DNA of 64,000 nucleotides from Gammaproteobacteria bacterium (GTDB lineage Bacteria; Pseudomonadota; Gammaproteobacteria; UBA6002): NCBI GenBank assembly GCA_013697705.1, contig JACCWJ010000025.1, positions 42,219 to 106,218 of the forward strand, read 5' to 3'. Shown piece by piece: positions 20,092 to 28,718 of this stretch (position 1 is its first letter; each line of letters starts with the position of its first letter). The notes under the pieces were generated by a model. It saw only the letters and a program-made list of their open reading frames with translations, ran no database searches and was not told where the DNA came from. The position numbers and the translations under genes were made by a program.

Positions 20092-20530
20092 CACCCTCCA
20101 AAGCTTTAAGCACAAGTGAAAAACGTTCTGGTGAAAAAACTCTTCCCAATAATCTTAGTCTTTCAAAGACAATATTTCTTCGCAAGAATAAGCCGGGAAC
20201 ATCATCAGTGATTTGACTGGTTTCTTCTGCATGCATCAATAATTTTGATGCAGCGCCTGGATAAGCTATATCCATGCACTGTAGTAAGCGTAATGCGCGT
20301 CCTGCTTTAATAAAGGTGGCGACTTGAATGAAAGGATCTTCTTGCTGCAGGTCAATGTTACCAATATCTTCTAAGGTCTCACCCAATTTTGCCATGGCAG
20401 CTTCTAAGGCGGGGTCACCATCGAGTGTCCAATTTTCTACACCTTCCATGAAACTGATGACACGATAGATCATCGGGTCTTTGTATTCAAACCAGAATTG
20501 GTGGACGGCTTCATTACTTAGATCAGGCAT
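20078..20530 (-). CDS. icmW: Dot/Icm type IV adaptor (chaperone) IcmW
   Basis: 150 aa. 'MPDLS.EA…W.EY.DPMIYRVI.FME.VENWTLDG…HAEETS…RNIVFERLRLL..VF…L.LKALEGDE' is collinear with and strongly similar to L. pneumophila IcmW. Confidence 0.9.
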   Translation of the reverse strand: MPDLSNEAVHQFWFEYKDPMIYRVISFMEGVENWTLDGDPALEAAMAKLGETLEDIGNIDLQQEDPFIQVATFIKAGRALRLLQCMDIAYPGAASKLLMHAEETSQITDDVPGLFLRRNIVFERLRLLGRVFSPERFSLVLKALEGDEHG

Positions 20531-20579
20531 ATTAAAATCATCTAAGAAAAAAAATTAGTATACTAGAATATCTAAAAAA

Positions 20580-20608
20580 ATGACAATACGTACCCTCCCT
20601 AGTATCAT
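20580..20608 (+). promoter_or_regulatory. Candidate sigma-70 promoter for icmV-dotA (ATGACA-17-TATCAT) in the icmW/icmV divergent spacer
   Basis: −35-like element at 20580–20585, a 17-nt spacer, and a −10-like TATCAT at 20603–20608, about 40 nt upstream of the icmV ATG. Its −35 is the reverse complement of a TTGTCA −35-like hexamer that sits 18 nt upstream of a TATACT −10 on the icmW strand. Confidence 0.3.
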
Positions 20609-20648
20609 GGAGGATTGTATATCTTTTTGCGTTAAGTGAGGGATTCTA

Positions 20649-21095
20649 ATGAAGGTGACTAAAAGGGTCGGTCGCGTAGTAAAGCCTTTTGTAAACTTTC
20701 CAAGATGGATGGGTTTCGGTCAATTGTGGGCGAATTATGAGGCTATCGTCAAGACGATAAAAGATATGCGAATTCATCGCCCGCCCGTCCGCACTGAAAC
20801 TTTTGAAGAAGCAAAAGCTCGACTCCATCTTACTGATGAAGATATTCAACAACGAAAAAGAAATTGTCTCATCCTTAGTATTATCTATTTCACCGCCACG
20901 CTCATATTTTTCATTTACTCCCTATATATGATTATTCATGGGCATTTAGGAATGATCCTAGGATTGCTCATTACTGCCTTAATGGCGGCTTTTACCTATC
21001 GCGAACATTTTTGGTATTTCCAATTAAAGACCAGGACGCTCGGCAATTCGTTTAAGGATTGGTTACATTTTCTCTTTCGAGGTAAGCGTAAATGA
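20649..21095 (+). CDS. icmV: Dot/Icm inner-membrane protein IcmV
   Basis: 148 aa with two transmembrane helices. It is divergent from icmW and immediately upstream of dotA, overlapping it by 4 nt, which is the conserved icmV-dotA arrangement. GAGGGA ribosome-binding site. Confidence 0.7.
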   Translation: MKVTKRVGRVVKPFVNFPRWMGFGQLWANYEAIVKTIKDMRIHRPPVRTETFEEAKARLHLTDEDIQQRKRNCLILSIIYFTATLIFFIYSLYMIIHGHLGMILGLLITALMAAFTYREHFWYFQLKTRTLGNSFKDWLHFLFRGKRK

Positions 21096-23509
21096 AGGCA
21101 ATTAAAACTACCCTTCTCTCTTTAGCATTAATTTTATTTTCAAGTGCCGCATTCAGCCAATCAACCTCAGATATTGGTGGTTCGATAGTAAATGCCTTTT
21201 CAGGAAATTCGTTATCCCAAGCTTTCGCGGGTATTGGTGGGGGGGCAGGCTCTCAACTAGGTATTCCCACTAATCCCTCATTTACTCCATCGTACACTGA
21301 TTTATCGGTAAATTACTTAGGACAGATTTTTGGCACAGTGGGCACGGTGCTTCATGGAACCAGCGGCCAGATGTTAGGTCAACTCTTTAAAGTTTTTAAT
21401 ATCGGTATTTTAGTTTTAGCGGGCATCTTTTTAATTTACACCATTATCATGACAGTGCTAAACACCGCTCATGAAGGTGAATTTATGGGCCGCAAATGGA
21501 ATTCGGCGTGGATAGCTATACGAACGGTTTTTGGCTTGGGTCTTTTAGTGCCTTCAAGCACCACAGGTTATTCAGCAATCCAAGTAATTGTGATGTGGGT
21601 CGTGATACAAGGGGCTGGGTTTGCAAACATGGCCTGGTACAGCGCGCTGGGTTATTTAGTGCAAGGCGGGCAAGTGTATACCCCTCCCGCAACCGATACA
21701 TCGAAGATGGTTGATCTCGTAGGCACGGTGTTGGAAATGCAAGTTTGTATGTACGATGCCGAAAAAGTGATGAAAAAAAATCAACAGAATTTGAAAGCGG
21801 CGCAGCAGTCGCAGCAAGCCAGTAGCCCAAATACCAATACCGCTGCTCCCATTCTCCCGCAACAAAATTTTATTCAAAATTTTAAACCCTATTTCGCTGT
21901 TAAAATTGACGGAGGAGTCGCTAATAGTTATGTGAGATTCCCGGGAAATGAATATCAATCAGATGGAGATCAAGATAATGCGTGTGGTCAAATAAGTTTT
22001 GGCACCGTAGAAGTTAAGAACGCCGATGCCCAGGCAGATGCTAAAGCCTCAACTTTAAAGGCCGCCATCCAGCAAATTATGCTGGATACTGACTCCTATG
22101 CTAAGCAAATTGTGAATCCAAGTAATGATCAGGGCAATAGTGATAATTTTCCCTCCCAAGTAGAAAGTGCAATAGTGGGAGGGGCTGCTGATTGGGTAAA
22201 TATTACCCTGCCCATTCGAGCGGGAGCGCCTTCATACACTTCACAAATGATGGTTGACTACGGTCAGGCTGCGGTACAACAAGGTTGGATCATGGCGGGA
22301 CGCTATTATTTTGCTCTTGGCAATGTGCAGCGCAAAGTGACTGCTGCCACCAGTGTAGCGGTGACCATTGATCAACAGCCCGCGGGATTCCCAGCCTCCC
22401 CCGATTATATTTCGTTTGCTAAATCTCCGGGGCCTGAGGTAACCAATATGGGTGCCCTTAGAGGTTTTAGCCCTGAGGTTGATAAACCACATTTAGCAAG
22501 CATAATGGGCCACAGCGGGGTGGGTATTTATGTGAGTGCAGCTCGAGCTGCCGCGAGTCAAGTAGATCAGTCAAGCAAAGTTAATTTAAATATTGGAGGT
22601 GGAGGAATTTTAGGCTTTATGTTGGAGCCCATCAGTTCAACATTGCATGAGGTCTTAAATCTATTGGGAGGCTCTACGGGTGACCCAATTCTGATCCTTC
22701 AAAGAATCGGCACACTTTTTATCGCGTTAGCGATGATCATGTGGTTATCGGGAACTGTAGGGCTATTTGCACTGGGGGTGGGGTCTTCTGCAATGTCAAG
22801 TATGCAACCCTTGGGTTACGGGGTTGAGGATGCCATTTTGGCTTTTGTGCCTACCTTCACCGCCTTTATTTTAATATTTTATGTATTAGGAGCGACCTTT
22901 GCGTACTACGTCCCCTTAATACCGTTTATCATTTTTGTTTTTTCCGCGGTCGGGTGGCTTATTGCTGTGATTGAAGCCATGGTCGCTGCCCCGCTCGTCG
23001 CCTTAGGAATTACCCATCCCGAAGGCCATGACCTGCTCGGTAAAAGTGAACAAGCCATCATGCTGTTACTCAGTGTTTTTCTAAGACCGGTATTAATGGT
23101 AATTGGCTTAGTAGCAGGGATGATTTTATCTAGAGTCGTGCTACGATTCTTAAATTCAGGCTTCTTTGGCATTGTATTCGACATTGGTGATTTTAACCTA
23201 TTTGCGTTTGTCTCCATCTTAGTAGTGTACTGTATGTTATTGGTCGCCGTAGTGAATCAATCTTTTTCTCTCATCTATGTCATCCCTGATCGAGTAATGC
23301 GTTGGCTCGGTGTGTCTGAACAAAGCACCGGTGCTCAAGAAGCATTGCAAAGCGCTAAGGGTGGATTTGAGCAGATGACCGGCGGTATGGAAAGATTAGG
23401 CGGGGGTGTTTCTAGCGGTTCAGCGGGTACAGCTGAAAAAGCAATGAAACGACGTAGAGATGCCAAATCGCTTAACGATAAACAAACCTCAGCCACAGGG
23501 GAAAAGTAA
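21092..23509 (+). CDS. dotA: Dot/Icm polytopic inner-membrane / secreted protein DotA
   Basis: 805 aa. Signal-like N-terminus, a large periplasmic domain between TM1 and TM2, and a C-terminal cluster of about 6 transmembrane helices, which is the DotA topology. Conserved position after icmV. Confidence 0.8.
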   Translation: MKAIKTTLLSLALILFSSAAFSQSTSDIGGSIVNAFSGNSLSQAFAGIGGGAGSQLGIPTNPSFTPSYTDLSVNYLGQIFGTVGTVLHGTSGQMLGQLFKVFNIGILVLAGIFLIYTIIMTVLNTAHEGEFMGRKWNSAWIAIRTVFGLGLLVPSSTTGYSAIQVIVMWVVIQGAGFANMAWYSALGYLVQGGQVYTPPATDTSKMVDLVGTVLEMQVCMYDAEKVMKKNQQNLKAAQQSQQASSPNTNTAAPILPQQNFIQNFKPYFAVKIDGGVANSYVRFPGNEYQSDGDQDNACGQISFGTVEVKNADAQADAKASTLKAAIQQIMLDTDSYAKQIVNPSNDQGNSDNFPSQVESAIVGGAADWVNITLPIRAGAPSYTSQMMVDYGQAAVQQGWIMAGRYYFALGNVQRKVTAATSVAVTIDQQPAGFPASPDYISFAKSPGPEVTNMGALRGFSPEVDKPHLASIMGHSGVGIYVSAARAAASQVDQSSKVNLNIGGGGILGFMLEPISSTLHEVLNLLGGSTGDPILILQRIGTLFIALAMIMWLSGTVGLFALGVGSSAMSSMQPLGYGVEDAILAFVPTFTAFILIFYVLGATFAYYVPLIPFIIFVFSAVGWLIAVIEAMVAAPLVALGITHPEGHDLLGKSEQAIMLLLSVFLRPVLMVIGLVAGMILSRVVLRFLNSGFFGIVFDIGDFNLFAFVSILVVYCMLLVAVVNQSFSLIYVIPDRVMRWLGVSEQSTGAQEALQSAKGGFEQMTGGMERLGGGVSSGSAGTAEKAMKRRRDAKSLNDKQTSATGEK

Positions 23510-23530
23510 TTGCGAGGAGAAATTCCCCTG

Positions 23531-23579
23531 CGTCGTCCTCAAAGAGGGCGGCGTTGCCATGCATCTACTTTTAATTTTT
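23531..23579 (+). terminator. Hairpin (cgtcGTCCTC-aaa-GAGGgCggcg) plus downstream T-runs after dotA
   Basis: 10-bp stem with two G·U positions on the plus-strand RNA, followed by CTTTTAATTTTTG. It lies between convergent dotA and the 428-aa membrane ORF. Confidence 0.3.
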
Positions 23580-23582
23580 GCC

Positions 23583-24869
23583 CTATGCAGAAGTCGTAAG
23601 TGCTTTTCCCCAGTTTACTAAGCTAATTAAAATAATTATTAAGGGAGGCAAAAAACATAATACTGCCAAATAGCTCCATGGCCTCACATTCATCCCAAAA
23701 TAGGCGCAAAGCAAAGTAACCGTTGCTAGCGGAATAATTTTAATAAACCTAAAACTTGAACGTATCTTGATCGGTTTATTCGTTGGAAGGGTGGCCCTTA
23801 AAAAATAAGTCAAATTGCGTTTATCTGCGATTAAGGCAATAACAACTACATTGCAAATGATTGCGACCACCAGCGGCACAAGATTTGATACAGCAGATAT
23901 ATTTTCCATCATCCAAATGAATAACCACCCGACTATATTTAATAAAAAAGAATAAATAATAATTTGACGTAACGATTTATTTTGAGAAATAAAAGCGATA
24001 TATCCGCCACTTACAAAACTTAGACCTAGCCACCAAAAAGTTAGCAAAATTTTAAAATGAGCGGGTAATGAATGAGGGGTGCCGACTTGCCACTCCGTGG
24101 TTGAAGGGGTTGGAAGCATCAAAATAATGACACTTAGCAGCGAATAAAGCAGGCTAATCGATAAGACAATTCCTAATAAAATTATGGCTAGGGGCACTTT
24201 CTGATACATTAAGAAATGGATAAATTTTATCGATAAGGGATGAGAACAAATGATAAATAACAGGCCACTCGCTAGCATCAAATTAAAACTAGTACCTGAT
24301 ACTAATGTAAAATGAAACGATTGTTGTAACAGTAGAATAAAGCTCACCGCCATAATTGCTAATGAAAATACCAGTACCGCAAATGAAATAGAGCGCATAT
24401 AACTGTCGACAGCCACACCAATCGAATCTAAGTGGCTATTTTTAAAAAAGGGCTGGTAGGCAGTGCTGAGCAGCCCTGACTGTTGCTTATAATAAGTAAA
24501 AAACCCTAGCGTTAGCGCGAACAAAAGCATAAATCCCCACGGAAATAAGCCCGCACTCAGACTGAAATGAATAGCATTGAAATTATTGCCCATCACCTTA
24601 GCAAAACTCCAAAGTGCTAAATTCAAAATGAGCTGACAGAGAAATAATGAAAGCAGCCATTTTAAATTTACGGGAATTATTTTTTCACCTAAATGAAGTT
24701 TAGACTTAGAGGTAAATAGGAGGCAGACGAGAATGATTAAACAGGCCCAATGACTCATGGCAATATTTTGCAGTTCATCAAAAAAAAAGAAATACAGCAG
24801 GGTAGTTAATAGGCAAAAAGGAACCACAAAGAAAAAGAGTAAATCGTAGCGTGCTTTGATTATTTTCAT
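23583..24869 (-). CDS. Hypothetical polytopic integral membrane protein (≈11–12 TM) downstream of dotB
   Basis: 428 aa, highly hydrophobic, with no recognised family. It is co-directional with dotD-dotC-dotB and 59 bp downstream of them. Confidence 0.5.
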   Translation of the reverse strand: MKIIKARYDLLFFFVVPFCLLTTLLYFFFFDELQNIAMSHWACLIILVCLLFTSKSKLHLGEKIIPVNLKWLLSLFLCQLILNLALWSFAKVMGNNFNAIHFSLSAGLFPWGFMLLFALTLGFFTYYKQQSGLLSTAYQPFFKNSHLDSIGVAVDSYMRSISFAVLVFSLAIMAVSFILLLQQSFHFTLVSGTSFNLMLASGLLFIICSHPLSIKFIHFLMYQKVPLAIILLGIVLSISLLYSLLSVIILMLPTPSTTEWQVGTPHSLPAHFKILLTFWWLGLSFVSGGYIAFISQNKSLRQIIIYSFLLNIVGWLFIWMMENISAVSNLVPLVVAIICNVVVIALIADKRNLTYFLRATLPTNKPIKIRSSFRFIKIIPLATVTLLCAYFGMNVRPWSYLAVLCFLPPLIIILISLVNWGKALTTSA

Positions 24870-24928
24870 GATAACACTTGTTTATTATTTGCTAAGGTTG
24901 CCGGTACATCCAGCACTACAGCTACAGC

Positions 24929-26083
24929 TTAAACGCCAGCATCCCTATCTGCACTGCGGTGTCCTGCTGAAAGCACGTTGAATGTCCGCTCTGAAATTCG
25001 CCCTTCCTTAAAAGCCCGTTCAGCATCCACTATCATAGGTTGGCCGCGCTCTTTTACCAGTCGGCGAGTCATTGCAGTAGCTTGCTCTGGATTGACGCTC
25101 AGCAGTTTGTCACGTACCTCTTCATCGAAAACCAAGAATTCTCGCAATGCCATCCGTTTGCCATCTACTGTGGGTGCAAGTTGCTGCCAGATGATTAATC
25201 GAATCGTTTCGATAATATCGATACTTCTTCCATTCCGTTCTTCTTGAGGGAAGGTGCCGACAAGGCGGCGAATGGTTTCTGCGACACCGTTGGCATGCAG
25301 GGTGGTATAGACGGGATGTCCTGTGAGCGCTGCTTCAAGAACCGCGCTCATTGTTTCGATATCGCGTGCTTCTCCTACTAAAATCAAGCGGGGAGTCCGT
25401 CTTAACGCATTACGTACACCGGCCGCAAATGAAGGAAGGTTACGCGGAATTTCGGATTGTGCAACGATGGAAGTGGGTTTTTCAATCGCGTCAAAAACAA
25501 ATTCAATAGGTGATTCGTAGGTAAGAATTTTACGATGGCTAAGGTTATCTTCTGCAATACTTCGGATAATGGCGGCTAGTAGAGTGCTTTTCCCCGATCC
25601 GGTCGCTCCTGTTACATAGACTACCCCGTCTCTAGGTGCTATGGCATCGATAATGCTTTGAGGCAGACCTAGCTCTGACAATTTTGGCGGTTCATTCGGA
25701 ATAGTTCTCAGCGTAACTTGAATTCCAGCATGACCTTCTACCTGGCAGCCGGTTCCATTGACCCTAAACCGAAACCTGTCTGCACGTGTTGGACGTATCT
25801 CAAAATGAGTATCAACATCGGAACCACTTAATAGTTGCGTAGTACCATTGGGCCCATACATGAAATTGAGCAAGTCGCCTACTTCAGTATTGGTGAGTTT
25901 ACGATGAGTGATTTTATGAAGCCGACCGTAAATTTCAACTAATACTGGCTCATTAGTCTGGAAGATAACATCAGAGGCATTACGTTTAACGCAATACTCT
26001 AATAGAGGTTCCAAATGTGAAGCAGTGAACCGATTGGGTTCATTTGGATAAGTCTGCTCTTTAAACTCATTATCGACATTCAT
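24929..26083 (-). CDS. dotB: Dot/Icm secretion ATPase DotB (PilT/VirB11 family)
   Basis: Walker A is 'GATGSGKST'. Asp box, Walker B and His box ('TLHANG') are typical of the PilT/DotB family. 384 aa. Confidence 0.9.
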   Translation of the reverse strand: MNVDNEFKEQTYPNEPNRFTASHLEPLLEYCVKRNASDVIFQTNEPVLVEIYGRLHKITHRKLTNTEVGDLLNFMYGPNGTTQLLSGSDVDTHFEIRPTRADRFRFRVNGTGCQVEGHAGIQVTLRTIPNEPPKLSELGLPQSIIDAIAPRDGVVYVTGATGSGKSTLLAAIIRSIAEDNLSHRKILTYESPIEFVFDAIEKPTSIVAQSEIPRNLPSFAAGVRNALRRTPRLILVGEARDIETMSAVLEAALTGHPVYTTLHANGVAETIRRLVGTFPQEERNGRSIDIIETIRLIIWQQLAPTVDGKRMALREFLVFDEEVRDKLLSVNPEQATAMTRRLVKERGQPMIVDAERAFKEGRISERTFNVLSAGHRSADRDAGV

Positions 26084-26091
26084 TTACTGCT

Positions 26092-26958
26092 CTAAGGTGT
26101 ATTTCTAATAATTGTAGCGCATCTTTGGGGCGGTTTGTCTCGCACCGGACAACATACCTCTCCTGGCCCTGTTTTAGCCACGACGGGCTTCCAAGTATCG
26201 GGGTTAGGATTGAGTTTTGAGGTGGAGGATATGGTGAGTATTCTATCGTTAATGCGAATTTCATCACCATTACCAGTCACGCCCAATTCCGTCTTAGAAA
26301 CATAGGGTGGTGTTACCATATTTTGCGCGAGGAGTTTTCGATAAAGAACCATGCCGCTATAATCTCGTTTTAATCGGGATAGATTTTCGGCGAAAATTTG
26401 ATTCGCCTGCTCAATTCCTTGTTGCCAGCCTATATTTACATAGCAATTCCACACTGCACCTTCGTCGGTGTTTTTAGGTAATAGGGTGACGTCAGGGGGT
26501 TCAGGTTGGCAGAATTTCATCCATATATATTCTCGCCAGTTTGGGGGAGCAGTGACAAAGCAGGGTGGGCGGACCAGCCTATAAATTTGATCTGCAGCGC
26601 GAATAACTTCACAGGAGTCTTGCGTTAATTCTTGTCGCCCTTCTTCTAATACAGGGGGTTTGATATCGTCTTTCAACATTAGCGCTCTAAAGTTGTAAAT
26701 GTTATCCAACTGGGTTTGTTGCCGTCTTAATACACAGTTTATCTGTTCTGAGCGCCAGGCTAAACCACCTTGAGCGCCAACGAGGGTGGCGGTTTCAGTC
26801 AGGAATTTTAATCTAAGGGGGGCAATGTTGCCAATAGCGCGAGGATTATTAAGCGCCGCGATATGAATGAGTTCTCTAGGCTGACCTTTTCTGCAATTTT
26901 GGCAGCCGGCAATCAATCCTAATAGTATAAAAATGATTAGGGTTATATTTTTTTTCAT
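26092..26958 (-). CDS. dotC: Dot/Icm outer-membrane lipoprotein DotC
   Basis: Lipobox 'LIAGC'. 288 aa. Conserved dotD-dotC-dotB gene order. Confidence 0.75.
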   Translation of the reverse strand: MKKNITLIIFILLGLIAGCQNCRKGQPRELIHIAALNNPRAIGNIAPLRLKFLTETATLVGAQGGLAWRSEQINCVLRRQQTQLDNIYNFRALMLKDDIKPPVLEEGRQELTQDSCEVIRAADQIYRLVRPPCFVTAPPNWREYIWMKFCQPEPPDVTLLPKNTDEGAVWNCYVNIGWQQGIEQANQIFAENLSRLKRDYSGMVLYRKLLAQNMVTPPYVSKTELGVTGNGDEIRINDRILTISSTSKLNPNPDTWKPVVAKTGPGEVCCPVRDKPPQRCATIIRNTP

Positions 26959-26962
26959 CTTT

Positions 26963-27463
26963 TTATGGATTATACCTAAGTTCTATTACTCGACTATTCG
27001 GATAAACCACGATACAGGCTTTCTTATGAATCTGTAAACTAATGTTGCGTAGTATATCTGCAAATGCAGTATTCTTTGCAGTTATTGACACAATCACCGG
27101 AATTGCAGGAGGTCTACCCAAGACTCTTACGCAATAATGGGTTGCATCTGCAATACGACGTAGTAATGGTTCCACTGGACCTATCCAATCAACCGATGCT
27201 AAACAAGCCAATCCAAATCGAGGGGCATCAATTGGCGGAGGTAATCTCACGCAAGGATGGGCCGCTTTTTCAATTTCTGCTAAGGAGTCCAATGATCTAC
27301 TCACCGATACCGCTGCCTCTGCTAATTTAATTTCAGCATCATCGGCATTTAACTGGTAAGGGAGGGTGGGGACAGCGTTATTAGTAGCAACTACATATTT
27401 TCGTGTGGTACATCCCACAAGGAGAAAAGTAATAATAAGTACGATAAGTAGTTTTTTGTTCAT
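26963..27463 (-). CDS. dotD: Dot/Icm outer-membrane lipoprotein DotD
   Basis: Lipobox 'LLVGC'. 166 aa. First gene of the dotDCB operon, divergent from icmT. Confidence 0.7.
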   Translation of the reverse strand: MNKKLLIVLIITFLLVGCTTRKYVVATNNAVPTLPYQLNADDAEIKLAEAAVSVSRSLDSLAEIEKAAHPCVRLPPPIDAPRFGLACLASVDWIGPVEPLLRRIADATHYCVRVLGRPPAIPVIVSITAKNTAFADILRNISLQIHKKACIVVYPNSRVIELRYNP

Positions 27464-27611
27464 ATTGTCCTTACCGGCGGGGGGGTGTCTATTCCATAGG
27501 CTATTGAACCAAGAAGGGTAGGCTGTGTCAAGGAGCGCTCGAAGTCCTCAGAGTAGACTTTATCCATGAATAAGCTAAACTTTTAGTATCTTTTAGTGTG
27601 AGAGGAATGCA

Positions 27612-27875
27612 ATGGCAACTAGAATGCCTTCTCCGGATGCGAGTTGGCGCGATTCAGCCCGTTTTCCGAAATTTTTCATCTTTGACTCCAGGGCGGTATT
27701 TCCGTTATTGCTTTGGATGTTACATATGCGCTTATGGACATTCATTCTCGCCATGATTGCAATGGCATTTTTCAGCTTGCTGCTTAGATTTGGTTTTACC
27801 GTCTCTATCTTCCTGAGGTGGCTGAGAGCAACCATAGCAGGGCGTCGTAAAACCGCTATACCTTGGTGGGCTTAA
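27612..27875 (+). CDS. icmT: Dot/Icm inner-membrane protein IcmT
   Basis: 87 aa. 'WRDSARFPKFF..D.RA.FPLLL…WTF…FLRWLR…AG.RK.A.PWW' resembles L. pneumophila IcmT. AGAGGAA ribosome-binding site. The icmS ATG follows 2 nt after the stop. Confidence 0.85.
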   Translation: MATRMPSPDASWRDSARFPKFFIFDSRAVFPLLLWMLHMRLWTFILAMIAMAFFSLLLRFGFTVSIFLRWLRATIAGRRKTAIPWWA

Positions 27876-27876
27876 T

Positions 27877-28215
27877 ATGGATTTAACGAAACAATTATGT
27901 GCAGTAGCCAAAAAGCTCAATGCGAATTTTACTTTCAATGACAGGCCTATGACCTATCAGGAAGTGTTCACTGAGACAGGGTTACTACCTGCAATCGCGC
28001 GCCGGGCTGACCAGCTATGCTCGTTATGCCTGGGATATGGTATTGGTATATCATTTGATGAAGCTGAAAAATCCGTGTTAGGAGTTAAGGTGACTTTTGA
28101 CGATATTACGCCCAATATTCTTCGCTTACTCTGTATAGCCGATGTCATCTCGGAGTTGATGTTTTCGGCCCCAAGCCGTGACCGTACGCCGTTAGATGAA
28201 TTAATGTATGATTAA
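27877..28215 (+). CDS. icmS: Dot/Icm type IV adaptor IcmS
   Basis: 112 aa. 'ETGLLPAIARRADQLCSLCLGYG…TPNILRLLC…PSRD.TPLDELMYD' is near-identical in pattern to L. pneumophila IcmS. Confidence 0.9.
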   Translation: MDLTKQLCAVAKKLNANFTFNDRPMTYQEVFTETGLLPAIARRADQLCSLCLGYGIGISFDEAEKSVLGVKVTFDDITPNILRLLCIADVISELMFSAPSRDRTPLDELMYD

Positions 28216-28249
28216 ACTACCGGGTTTTGGTAGTCAATTATATCTTTTT
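28216..28249 (+). terminator. Weak intrinsic-terminator-like hairpin after icmS (ACTACC-gggtttt-GGTAGT, then a T-rich run)
   Basis: 6-bp stem directly after the icmS stop, with TCTTTTT 10 nt downstream. This would separate icmTS from the FIR-icmQ unit. Confidence 0.3.
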
Positions 28250-28417
28250 GTAAAGCTTGTTTTTAAGAAATTATTTACTTATAACTCTTATATGAGGATT
28301 TTTTCTTTTAAGAGTTTGTTAAGGCAACCACGATAGAATGGAAGCTAGTCAAAAAGGGATTTAGCCGATAGTTAGGATTTACACAAAAACATATAACTAT
28401 AAAGTATAGGTACTAAT

Positions 28418-28699
28418 ATGAGCGCTTTCTTTCAAAAACCTAATGATATGGGTGGTTCCCTATCCGAAAATCACATTCGACAAAGATTGAGTGAGATATT
28501 GGATGGTGGTAAAGATCTCAGCATGGCTTTAGAGAAAGCCAAAAAGCCATTACTGCCTTTTTTAAGCACTAAAGATCAAGCTTCTAGAGATAATTTTAAT
28601 TTGATTACCCACAACATCTCAATTTTTACTAAGGGACTTCACGAGCTTGATAATCTGTTAGAACATCCAGAATTTTCCTCGGAGATGCATACCCCTTAA
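28418..28699 (+). CDS. Small protein at the icmR position (FIR-type putative IcmQ chaperone; non-homologous to IcmR)
   Basis: 93 aa ORF immediately upstream of icmQ, 19 nt from it. In Legionellales this position holds hypervariable genes that are functional homologues of IcmR (FIR genes). The sequence is predicted helical and I see no homology to L. pneumophila IcmR. Confidence 0.45.
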   Translation: MSAFFQKPNDMGGSLSENHIRQRLSEILDGGKDLSMALEKAKKPLLPFLSTKDQASRDNFNLITHNISIFTKGLHELDNLLEHPEFSSEMHTP

Positions 28700-28718
28700 C
28701 AATTAAGGCTACGTATTA

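Noticed and set aside
18499-20115. Possibility that the Pro-rich ORF and icmX are one gene split by a nonsense mutation (in frame, separated by one TAA)
   Set aside because: Both ORFs have their own complete Sec signal peptide. icmX has its own well-spaced AGGA ribosome-binding site. An internal signal peptide in a fused protein would make no sense. They are treated as two genes, though stop-codon read-through remains untested.
27564-27592. Tandem TTTAGTATC-T-TTTAGTGTG with 10-bp half-site spacing upstream of icmT, resembling a PmrA box (TTAATATT-N2-TTAATATT)
   Set aside because: The second half-site abuts the AGAGGAA ribosome-binding site and the icmT ATG. No room is left for a −10 element or a 5' UTR, so it cannot be a promoter-proximal PmrA site. 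It is more likely a chance AT-rich repeat.
27593-27835. 80-aa minus-strand ORF overlapping icmT
   Set aside because: icmT on the plus strand closely matches the IcmT family. The antisense ORF has no support.
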